Source: Cycas panzhihuaensis (taxonomy: Eukaryota > Plantae > Cycadophyta). From it: 64,000 bases of DNA. The notes beneath the pieces are model-generated. The model saw nothing but the letters and a program-made list of their open reading frames with translations. It made no database searches and had not been told where the DNA came from. A program made the position numbers and the translations under genes. Below are positions 13,755 to 24,500 of the stretch, one piece after another. The DNA lies in NCBI GenBank assembly GCA_023213395.1, contig CM041465.1, positions 177,327,741 to 177,391,740 on the forward strand. The letters run 5' to 3'. Numbering within the stretch: the first letter of the stretch is position 1; each line of letters starts with the position of its first letter.

Positions 13755-14912
13755 TAGAATCACATCTATAGGGATGGTAACTACATTCAATAAAGATCAT
13801 GGAAATCAACGTTAAAAACTGGAATAAGAATATAATCCTATAAAGTGGAAGAAACACCTACACAGGACGTCCATGCATCAGAACATAGGTTCAGGACCCA
13901 CGAATGACACATAACTTCCTTGAGGTAGCTTAGGTTCTTGGTTTGAAGGACAAGATACACGTAGGATATCTCAGATGACCCCAAACAATGGAATCCTCCT
14001 ACCCTTGGATAGTCAGAAGGGAAAAGGGAAGCCCAACAAAGGAATAACTACTACGGGAATACAATGTGGTATAGGTGGAACAACAAGAGCTCCTTAGGTC
14101 AACTCACCTAAGGTAGGTCTATGAGTGAAGGAGTGATGGCAAGAGACCACTTTCCACTATATGAGTGAAGGGATCCAAATCTCAGTAAGGGAAACATGGG
14201 TAAAGTGTGTGAATAGGAACATGAAGAGTGCATGTGAAAGGATGATATAGGTGTGCTTATTTACTATCACAAAAGAGGGATTTTAAACACTCTCTCACTC
14301 ACTTTTGCTTTTAAAACAAGAAAAAGATGGAAAAAGTATTCTAAACACACTCAAGCACACAAGCTAGGAAATGCAAAGCTGAGGGACGTTTTGCATTCAG
14401 ATGGGAGAAGGGAGATGTAATCCCTATGGTATGCTCCTTCCTATAAAGGCAGCATGCAACATGTATATGCAAGGTAAATGTATACAAGTTGGTTGATTAC
14501 TCTTTTCCTTTTATATTGTTTATTATGCACGATGGTGGGCCTAATAATAACAAAGGGAAAGAGCTATGAGCGGAGAGGAGGTACGTACCTGGGAAGTTAC
14601 ATGGCTGAAGAGGATACCTTACCTGTATGTTATGCTTTTCTCTCTTGTCCTTGTCTGATGTGCTGACGTTGTCAAAAGGTGATATTGGTAGGGGCTTCCT
14701 TACCTTCCCCATACAAAAGAAAAGAAAGGAAAAAAACTAGAAAGGACAAAATGAAAACAAAACAACTATGCAAAGGAGTGAAGTGAAAAAGAGAAAGATG
14801 GAGACTTGCCCAGATCGAAGTGCCTTTTCCTTTCTACAAATGTTGTGATAAAACCTGCAAACATAAGGTTTTCTTCCCCTTCCTTCAAGGGGCTACTAGA
14901 ATACCAAGTAGA

Positions 14913-14915
<3 letters not shown>

Positions 14916-14959
<44 letters not shown>
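14916..14959. repeat. (AT)22 microsatellite inside the LTR
   Basis: Seen directly; counterpart at 28514-28556. Confidence 0.97.
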
Positions 14960-14963
<4 letters not shown>

Positions 14964-16018
14964 AATGGAGTGCCAAAAGTTACAAGCAAAGTGTTGGAAA
15001 CAATACAAGATATTTAACAACATAAGTCGCAACAAGGAATGGGTGCTAATAGTTAGCCTCGGAATGGCTAACCCTATTATGCAAGTACCTCCACACTGCC
15101 TTTGAGCACATGGACAATAGGTGTAGGTAGCCTATATGGTAGCCGATAGTGAAAGGAGCAAATGCTATAAAAACTAGAAATGTTGTAAGTATCACCAAAA
15201 TTACAGTATATATCATGCACAATACCTAATGAGGAAGTGACAAGTAAGGGATATAACACCACTAGGGGGCTAAAACACCCTGATGATATGGGGCTCTCAA
15301 GGCTGGAAATAGTGCAACAAGGGGCTGCATACACTAGTTCTAGTAATAGCCTCCTTTCTGGGGTTGTCCAGTGGCCCAAGGAGGACACAAGGAGGAGAGC
15401 AAAGGAGGAGAAGGGGGATTGCCTCTTGGGAAGCCAAACTTGTAGGGTATGGAACCTGCTGAGTGCTTCCTTCACTGACACCTTAAGTGGCTCACCTCAC
15501 AGCCCTCTTGGAGAGACAAAAGTGACAGCAGAAGGAGGATGCAAATATAAAAGGAAAAAAAAAAAACAGAGGTAACTATCTCCTGCATAAGCTAGGAAGG
15601 ACTGAAAATAAAAGATATATGGAAAAGATCTCAACTTGCAAAGGAGTTCTAAGGAAATGACATGAAGAGAAACATAAAGAGCTACCTACTGGGTGGAGTT
15701 TCCAGTAGGCCTGCCTAAGAGCAATGCAGGATGGGGCTGGTCTGGATACTTGTAGGAGAATCGCTGCAAAATCTGGAGAAGAAACCTACTATATGCTTGA
15801 GAATGCAAGCTTTGAATGGTGTCTTCACTTGATGAGGCTCCTTGATGAGATAAGTTCCATGAACTGGAGTTGTGGAAGGCAGAGTCTAGGAGATCTCAGT
15901 AGATGCAGGGCATTTCTTGCAGGAGGAAGCTTGTAGAGGTGGCAGAAGAGCAGGAGAAAGAGAGTTGTATGAGGTTGTTAGAGAGTGTAAGAGGAAGAAA
16001 TAAGGAGCTTTTTTAGGC

Positions 16019-16024
16019 TTTATA
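16019..16024 (-). promoter_or_regulatory. Putative LTR TATA box (TATAAA); copy in the 5' LTR at 29612-29617
   Basis: Minus-strand CAGTATAAAGCC followed ~30 nt later by a CT-rich leader. Telobox-like AACCCTA(G/A) just upstream. Conserved in both LTRs. Confidence 0.55.
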
Positions 16025-16152
16025 CTGAACCCTAGACCTAATTGAGCAATTAGGGTTAGGCAGGGACTTGAGTAGCGAGTAATCTACATGGCAATTTCAT
16101 GAAAAATGCAAAAATTACCACAGCAAATTAAAAAAAATAGAGATAAATAGTC

Positions 16153-16216
16153 GCACCATGGTAAACTTCGTAGTACCGTGGGAAACTTCATGATACTGCA
16201 AAATTTACCATGGTGC
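16153..16216. promoter_or_regulatory. Phased palindromic motif array (ancestral GCACCGCGGT-AAACTTCGCGGTACCGCGG) in LTR U3; copy at 29746-29809
   Basis: Six YCRYRR hexamers spaced 12/8/12/8/12 bp, bounded by a perfect 13 bp inverted repeat GCACCATGGTAAA/TTTACCATGGTGC. Confidence 0.6.
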
Positions 16217-16755
16217 ATGACTAGAATCAATAAAAAGGGAAATAAATGTCTTTGGGGCCCTAGTAAAGGGGTATCCTAGGCCTAACAAGGGCTGGCCCTC
16301 CTGTTTAGGTGGTTGGGGACAGTCCAAGTGGGTAAACGGGATAGACTAGATAGGGCGTTAAAAGGTAAGGCTCCCAAGAAACTTATGGATGGACACAAAA
16401 TATCAACCACTCATAGTGAAATACTAAGAGTTGCGATAGGGTGACAAAGGTGTGAATGGTTCACACAAATTGGTCGATACTCGAGGCGATGTAGAGGTGT
16501 AGCAAAGGGTTATAAGGCACCATAGGGATATAAGCCTCATAGAGAAGCATGTCCCGTAGGTCGTCATAGGCTAAAGGTGTGCAACATGATCAAGCAACAA
16601 AATGCATAGAAATCACAAAGATGAGGCACTCAATCATGTAGTAAATCAAGCAATGTTTTAGTCTACCTCTTGAAATGGATAAGAAGGGAGATGGAAATAT
16701 ATCGGTACTTACCTGAGTCGGCCCGGCCATATCCATTCCTGGTAGCTAGGAAACA

Positions 16756-16765
16756 TTGCCCCCTT
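16756..16765 (-). other. Polypurine tract of younger Tat element
   Basis: Minus strand AAGGGGGCAA directly before the 3' LTR TG. Confidence 0.85.
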
Positions 16766-17158
16766 GGTGGCAGAGCCTCGCTACTCATAAGCACAACATG
16801 ATGGCAAATGCTGACAAGAACACTATTAGTAACATATGTATATATAACAATCATAATCATGACAAGAGCTAAGGGTATGGGTGAGTGTCGTGGTGGAACG
16901 CATGGATATGAGAGAAGGAGTGGAGACCACATAGGGGCTGCCTACATGCCACTCTGAAGTTAACTGGAAACTATAATAGATGGGGGAATGCCCCCATCAT
17001 ACAAGTGCAAAGGAAAGATATGATAATAATAAGGAAAAAAGTGCATAGACAAACCTGGTGGTTGCCATAGTTTAACCTCATTAGCTGCTGGATTTCAGAG
17101 GTATGAATGGAATATAAGGTGAAGTACAAGATGACCTAAGACTTGGGTGCATGGGTGA

Positions 17159-17593
17159 CTAGACAAGTCTCTTAGAGGGGTCATCGAGAAGAGGTAGGCA
17201 ACGCTCAAGGATGAAGTGAACAAGGCTGTCTACCTCAGCATTGAGGGCCCGAGAAATATGTTGGATGTCGACAGATAAAAAATAAGCTAATAGGGACCTA
17301 GTAGTTGAGGCAAGGACTCTCAAGCATGGGCATCACACTTAGTAGACCTGAGTGAGATAGGACACCAAAACCTAAGAGTTATAAAAGAGAACAATGGGTC
17401 TGTGGTGAAAACATAGTGCATTGGTGAGGGCTTCGATAATGGCCATATACTCAGCTTCATTATTGGTGGCCTCAGAGAGGAAGATTTTGGAACGTAGAAA
17501 ATCATGTCCGAAAGGGTCATGGAAAATCCATCCAATGACAGAAGGATCAGGGTTGCCGCAGCTTCTACCATCAGTAAAGATGAGAAATGCCAT
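17159..17593 (-). pseudogene. Free-standing archaeal-type RNase HI (aRH) ORF, ~145 codons, three premature stops
   Basis: FTDGRSCGNPDPS..EATNNEAEYMAIIEAL..FYNS*VLVS..IQHISRALNAEVDSLV. No frameshift; all three stops explainable as C>T. Confidence 0.88.
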
Positions 17594-18588
17594 GAATGAA
17601 AGGGAAAGTGTCTCAGTAGATGAAATGTGACAAAGTCAGTGGCATAGAGGGGACACGATGATATAGAGTAACTATGAAAGACTCGAATAACTGGCAATGA
17701 AGGCCATGAAGGGTAGGAAGACCCAATAATGGAGCCGCCGAGGCGTAGTAGAATATCCAAATACTAAAAGAACTGGCGGTGAAAAGGCCACTCCTGGGTG
17801 TCAAAGGTTGCTTAAGGAAGCAAAAAGTAGTCCCAAATGGAGGGGATGCTCCCTTTGGGGACCCTAGAAGTGCAAATAAGTGGCAAAAATGGATCCAGGA
17901 CAGCGAAATGAGCCAAACGAGTATAAAATCTGGTATGCATCGAGGTGGCACGTAAAACGATACAAAAAGGGGCCTCACGAAAGCAAGCAAACAGGCACCA
18001 TAAATATGCCTATAAAGATGAGTGAAATGGACGCCGCAGGGGTGAAATGGGAGCTAGGGCCAGAAGAAAATGATGATCAGGGATGAGGGATGGCCCTAAG
18101 GGCTGTCATGGCAATAGAAACAGAGGAAGTGCTCATCAGGGCCCTTGCCTATATAATGAAACTCAATGAAAATGGAATTCATTTTCACGAGCTCTCGAAT
18201 GATTCAGAGCCCTTTCCCTTATGCAGTGGAGCGCTAATGAATTTCAGAGACACGCAGGTGGAGTTCAGACCATCGGATAGAAGCGAGAGGATAGCCAGTG
18301 GGACTAGGACGATGAGATAGCGGTCGTAAGGCCAACTCCAATGAGTGGATTACTCGTTCCCTACCCCATCTCGCAATTTAAATTTTATAGCTTTTAAGTG
18401 ATTTTTTGTGAATTTTTAGGCTCCTTAAGGGCAAGTAGTGATCTCCTGAAGTCTAAATTAAACCCAGCGAGAGGTGGGATTGGGGCATTAGGTAGCCCTA
18501 GTCCTAGTGGGCTAGAGCAAGGCCTACCTTGGGATAAAATTTTAGTTTTTTTAGGAAGAAAACCCCCCTCTTTGGGGGGGTGATGTTT

Positions 18589-18689
18589 GCACTACGGTGA
18601 AGATCGTGGTGCCACGATCTTTGTCATGGGCCCCCATCGTAACTGGACCCAAGCTAAACTCTGCGGTACCACGAAGTTTAACGTGATAC
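18589..18689. promoter_or_regulatory. Two internal copies of the LTR palindromic motif cluster between the divergent aRH and PMD genes
   Basis: GCACTACGGTGAAGATCGTGGTGCCACGATCTTTGTCATGG (12/8/12 spacing) and AAACTCTGCGGTACCACGAAGTTTAACGTGATAC (inverted near-copy of the LTR unit). Confidence 0.6.
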
Positions 18690-18824
18690 GAAGCCAAACT
18701 AGCTAGAAAAATAAAAGATGGCCCAAAGGAGAGCCAGATCTTGATCCGAGAGGAGGAAGAGACAGTCCTAAGGGCCAATAGATGGACTTGGATAGGTACT
18801 GATTAGTTTTTAGATATTTTGCAG

Positions 18825-20673
18825 GTAATTGTCATAGTAGATAACTATAAAAACATTGGGATGGCTATGATGAGTTTTGTGGAGATGATATCCCATCGGG
18901 ACAAGCAGATTTTAGTGAAATATGGCCTACTAAAGTTCACGAGGATGCCATAGTACACGTTAGATCAGTGACTCCTAGTGGACATAGTCTCGCACTGGGA
19001 CAAGAAGAGGCATGTATTCCACCTTCCCCAAGTGGGGGATGTGACAGTCAAACTAGGGGACATTAGGAGGATCCTAGGGGTACCAACGACCAAGAGACCA
19101 ACATTGCTAGGGGCGTTGCCTAGCAATGAGGCAGTGACATTCTTCACCAGACAGGACAAGTGGAAGAGGAGGGGGATATCCCTACAGACTATGATCACGT
19201 CCAAAGTTCCTCAGGTGAGGAAACTAACCACCTTATGCATTTTGCTCTAGATATCCTGGAAGCGGAACTATAGAGATATACTAGGTAAATGGATGGATGC
19301 AGTGAGGAGATATGAGGTCGAAGAGAGATTAGACTGGTCCACACTGATAGTGGCGAACCTAGTCACCCAATTGGATGCCATTAGGGTGGCAGGGAGAGGT
19401 GGACTTTTATACAGCACATTACTACAGTGCTAGTTCTTCGATCACGTCAGAGCTGTAGCACCCACAGGAGGACCACACCCCATTTCAGAGTGGACACCCA
19501 TGGTCCATAGATGGTAGACTCAGTTTAGAGGGACTGAGGATCAGGTGCATGTATGTCAGTCAATGGAGGCTACGTCACTGGACCTCCTCACCTTGGCAGA
19601 CTATATATCTGATCCATATCAAGGGGTGAGGTGGAGTAGTGATGACGAGGTAGGCAGAGTAGGAGTCATCCCTGGTGATGATGATGATGGCGATGGAGAT
19701 GACAGAGGTGACGGGGTAGGCCTGTCTAGGGTAGCAAGTGGAGAGGCAAGACCTTTGGGAGCCATAGGAGGAGAGGCGAGTCCGTGAGGAGCTGGTAGAG
19801 GGAGAGGTAGTTCCATCTGGAGTTGCAGAGGGAGTTAGGGGCCCACAAACATGAGCCCATAGACTAAGGATAGTAGGGAGATCCAAGGCAACAATAACAC
19901 CTGTAGAGAGAGGTGGAGATGCCCCAATGGTCATTGAGGTGATACTGGAGGAGGAGGTACCAGCAGTTGATGGAGCTCCAGAGGGGGAGGCTATCATTAG
20001 AGTCGAGGAGTTGGTGACCCCAACAGGTGAGACGCTGCCTTTTCCTATCATCTTTTTATTTCTTGATATTTAGTTATTTGATCTTATTTGATATGTATGG
20101 CTATATGTACTGATACATGGTGTGTTGGACTTCATAGGAGTGGTAAAGATGTAGAGACTGGTGGAGGAAGTAGTCTGGGAGATGTTCCCCTACGCGTACA
20201 TGGAAGGGCAACCTCCCATCTAGGTGGGAGAGGAGCCACGATTGGCAAGGACTTATACAATGGCATTCACCCCATTGGTTAGGATGAGAGATGTATGGAT
20301 AGTAGAGTCCCAAGAGCATGAGGCTCGCGTAGGATGACTTCAGGGGGAGCTGGACAAGACCCGAGTTGAGAGGGACACTCTGTGAGGTTGGGTGCAGGTT
20401 TTGGAGGCACAGGGAGGAGCAAGTGGAGATGTTGAGAGCTAGATCAGGATGGCAGTGCTAGAGGAGCATCTCAAAGGGATGGAGAAGAGGTTCTGGAGCA
20501 TGGAGGAGAGACTCCAGGGAGTGGAGAGTGAGCGAGATCGTATCAAGGTAAGATATAACCATCTAGTGGATCAGGTAGCCTCAAGGTTATCACGGAGTAG
20601 GACATACACTCATACAGCCATGATGACCCTAAGGAGGCCTCAGGACGAGGGAAGCAAGGTAGGGAGCTCCTAG
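18825..20673 (+). pseudogene. Antisense Plant Mobile Domain (PMD, aminotransferase-like) gene with acidic linker and C-terminal coiled coil; intron 20027-20137
   Basis: LLVDIVSHWDKKRHVFHLPQVGDVTVKLGDIRRILGVP resembles the PMD core ALVERW..THTFHLP.GEMTITLEDV..ILGLP. LDWSTLIVANLVTQL..LLQC(W)FFDH resembles SWGSAVLA.LY..L..LLQ.W.WE. Canonical GT-AG intron with branch point. One frameshift near 19780; several C>T/G>A stops. Confidence 0.8.
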
Positions 20674-20818
20674 AGATTCAAATAGAGTCTGGGAGGCATG
20701 TGATCCCCAGGAGAGGGATCACACTGACCAGGAGATGATACCTAGAAGCACAGTAGCAATAGAGTTAAGTAGTGTAGTCTTGATTTGATAGGGGAAAGCA
20801 GCGGACCTTTAGGGAGTT

Positions 20819-20904
20819 ACCATATGATGCCACCTAATTGTACTCCTCCCTGCAAGGAATCACCATATGATGCCACATGATTGTACTACTCCCTGCAAGG
20901 ATTC
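20819..20904 (+). repeat. Two-copy 43 bp tandem repeat in the 3' UTR of the PMD gene
   Basis: ACCATATGATGCCAC(C/A)T(A/G)ATTGTACT(C/A)CTCCCTGCAAGGA twice. Confidence 0.85.
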
Positions 20905-21549
20905 TGGCTTCCTACAAATGATGTACTATACCATTTGTATGATATGACACATGATGACTTTTTATATATATAGATGGGGCCATTGATCCCTATTTGGTAT
21001 ATGATGATGTGTATGATGACTCACAGTGGATTGTGTGTATTTATGTTTTCATGTTCATGTATGTATGTGTGATGTAAGAGTGTGCACGCGTGCACGAGGA
21101 GCCATGGATCATGATGCTTGAGTTAATTGTCACATGGTTTGTGTTATGAGATTTGTTTGAGTTACACAGATTTCCTTTCATACAAGGCCATATTCCTAAT
21201 AGGCATACACACGATCACCATGAGTGGTGACGATAGGCATATGTGAGGCTAGGAGATAGGGCACACATGTCCACATGGGAGCATAGTGAGATATGCAAAG
21301 GAAATGCCAATGGGAAAGGAGTGACGACAATCCAACACGTCATCCTAGTTGGGGAATGCACCCAGAATAGGAGGACGGGACCCCCAGAGGAAGGGGGGAT
21401 GAGAGGTTCCAAAGGGAGAACCTAAAAGAAGCAGAGGGGTTACCCTAAGCCACCATTCCACCTATGGCCAAGGGGAATGGGGATGCACCTAGGGTGGTAG
21501 TTTAGGCTCATTTCGAAGTGCAAAAAAGAATAATCATGCATAGAATTTC

Positions 21550-24500
21550 TTAAGGAATTTCCCATTCATAGCCTTCTCAAATTCGAGGCCCTCCAAGGTG
21601 GCGATCCTATAAGCATCATTCCCAAGACTCTCAAGGATGACAAGAGGACCAATCCATTTGGGTCTGAATTTGGTCAGGTGATCATAGAGATATTCCATCT
21701 TGAGGACATGGTCCCCAAGATGTAAAGGATAGGAACAAAGATTTTTATCATAAGTCCTTCATACCCTAGCCTTAGAGGTAAGGTTGGCTTGGTAGGTGGC
21801 CAAGCATTTCTCATCCAGGGCCTCAAGGTCTAAGAGGTGAGCCTGACAGATAACTTCCTCATTGACTGGACCTCAGAGAGAGACCCATAGAGAAGGAATC
21901 TCCACTCCCAATGGGAGGACCGCCTCTGTCCCGTAGACTAAAGAGAACGGAGTCATTCCCATAGCCGTACGGATAGACGTACAATATGCCTATAGAGCGG
22001 AAGGGAGTTGGAGGTACCAATCTCTTTGAGATTGGGCAACATTTTTCTTCAAGATATTTATGAGAGTTTTATTGAATGATTCAACCTGGCCATTAGCTTG
22101 GGGATAGTAAGGAGAGGAAGTTTTGTGAGAAATATAGAAGTTCTCGCAAAGCTCATCCATCTCCTTATTTCAAAAATGAGTTCTATTATTCATGACCAGG
22201 ACATCAGGAACCCCAAAGTGATAGATGATATGCTCGTAGACGAAGGTAGCTATCGTCTTACCAAGAGTGGCAGTCAAAGGAATGACTTCTGCCTATTTAG
22301 TAAAGTATTTCGTAGTAGTCAAGATGTACTTGTATTACTTCGAAGAGGATGGGGTTATAGCTCCAATGAGGTCCAATCCCTATTGGGAGAAGGGCCATGG
22401 AGATATAATGGGATGGAGTACCTCAGAAGGCAAGTGAGTGATGTTGGCATACTCCTGGCATCGTTGACATCTCAAGGCATAAGCATCAGTGTCCTTGAAG
22501 AGGGATGGCCAATAATATCCCATACAGAGGATCCTTTGGGCCATGGATTGGCCCCCATAAATGTCATGGTGGTATTCATAGAGTATCCGGTCCACCTCAT
22601 CAGGGGCGACACAGTGGAGAAGGATCCCATTGAAGGATCTCTTGTATAATACCTCACCCATAAGAAAATACTATCTGGCAGTTGCTTAGATACGAGACCT
22701 AACTTTATCACTAGCGTCAAGGCGATACTCCTGTTGAGTGAGATATTGCACGATGTCCCCATACCACTCGTTGTCAGCAAGCAGATTGGGAGGAAGGTCC
22801 TGAACAGCTAAGATAGGCTCATCAGGAAGAGAGACATCAACAAGAAGGTCAAAAGGGTTTAGAATAGGAGTGTCTGATTGATAAAAGGAAGTGGGAAATT
22901 GTCCTTAAGACATGCATTGTTAATATCACGGAAATCAATGCATATCTGGATTGTCTCATTCTTTTTAGCAATGGGGACAATGTTAGATACCCATTTAGGA
23001 TAGTCAATGGAAGTGATTAATCCTACATTGAGGAGGTTCTCAACTTCCATTTTAATAATAGCTTAGAGCTTAGGATAAAGAAGACGTTACTTTTGATGCA
23101 TGGGACGAGCACTAGGAATGGTGGTAAGGTTATGGGTCACGATTGAAGGATTGATTCCCTTTATATCAGGGTAGTCCCATGTAAAAACATCCTGAAACTC
23201 CTAGAACAGAAGGTATACTCCCTTACTTTATCAGGAGAGCATTCTACCCCAATCTTAATTACTTTGCCAGGGATAAGGACTATGTCCTAGATTGCCCCCA
23301 TTCACATGGCATTCCCCTCCTCAAAGTGGAGGGGGGCTCGGTCAATAGGAAGGGATGGAACAGGGGATGAAGTTCAGTCAGCGAGAGAAGACCCAATAGC
23401 CAAGACCTTCTGATAACTAAGCATGTGGTGACTAGAAGGAAGGTTGGGCATCAAGCCCGCTAAGTGCTCAAGCAAGGCTTTATCATTCTCAAAGTAGTCC
23501 ATCCCATAGATGACCACACTTTGAGAAGATGAAGAATGAGGGGAAGTAGAGACAGCGGGATCATGGTGGTCGTCATGCCACTCGATGTTCTTAATAGACT
23601 CCCTAGAAGAGTTAGAAAGAGGTCCCTCGCAAGGGACAAGAGGAGGCTCCCTAACTGCATTACCTATGTGCGACAACGAAAGGGGGGACTCGAGGAGCAC
23701 CTAATCAATAAGGGCAATGACATGAGATACAAGAGTAGAACTAGTTTCTCCAACTATAGGGGTTCCAAAGTGGGATCTGGAATGAAGGGGGTGCCCCCCA
23801 CTCATGCCCAGAAGGGAAATGGGGTGAGGGAGATCCTCGTCCTCGTCATCAGACTCATCGTCACTAAGGATGGCAAAGTACCCGTAACTTCTGACACCAA
23901 TAGGAGTAAACCATGTGAGGTTAGAAGAAGAGGATGAGGGGTCTTCCTCTAAACAAGATGAGTCAGGGGTGTCAATAGAACAAGTAAAGGCATGGGTAGA
24001 AAGCCCTTTATCGCCTTTCGTTTAGCCATGAGATGCTTGACGAGATTGGCGTGGTTGTTTAATAGGAGGAATCTCCTAAGAGATGACTCACATTCACCCT
24101 TCATAAATGAATTTAAGTTGCCCCTAGCAAGACGAGCACACGGCTCCCATCTGATCGAGCCATAGGCATCCTAACAACAGATTGTAGTCGATGTCAATGT
24201 CGAGGACTATAATATCAGTGAGGATAGTCTTGTCCTCAAGAGTAAGCAGGATAAACACCAATCCCAATGGTGTCTTTTTGCTACCATCGTAGCCTTGGCA
24301 CCACCATGGAACTGGTTCTAAAGCTGAAATATCCAGCTCTTGTATAACACGCAAGGGCATGGCATTAATAGAAGAACCCTTGTCAACAACGGTTCTTCGT
24401 AAAGTGCAATCGAGAGTATCAATGGTAATAGTGAAAGGGAAGTGCCACTGGCGCTTCCTTTCGCTAGAAGGAGGAAGATCCTTAGGATCAAAGGAAATGA

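Larger units (their letters stand above)
13755..16755 (-). repeat. 3' LTR of younger Tat element (~3.0 kb)
   Basis: Collinear with 27355-30348 (about 10% divergence in a 180 bp manual sample). Ends GGAAACA next to the PPT. Confidence 0.93.

Noticed and set aside
14766-15105. ORFs with IYIYIY runs (also 28283-28645)
   Set aside because: Artefacts of the (AT)n microsatellite.
16706-16716. TACTTACCTG resembling the 5' end of U1 snRNA
   Set aside because: No further U1 sequence follows. Better explained as a splice-donor consensus on the minus strand.
17613-18320. Hydrophobic ORFs upstream of aRH as a third accessory or env-like gene
   Set aside because: Pyrimidine-rich leader composition explains the hydrophobicity; no consistent frame or domain recognised.
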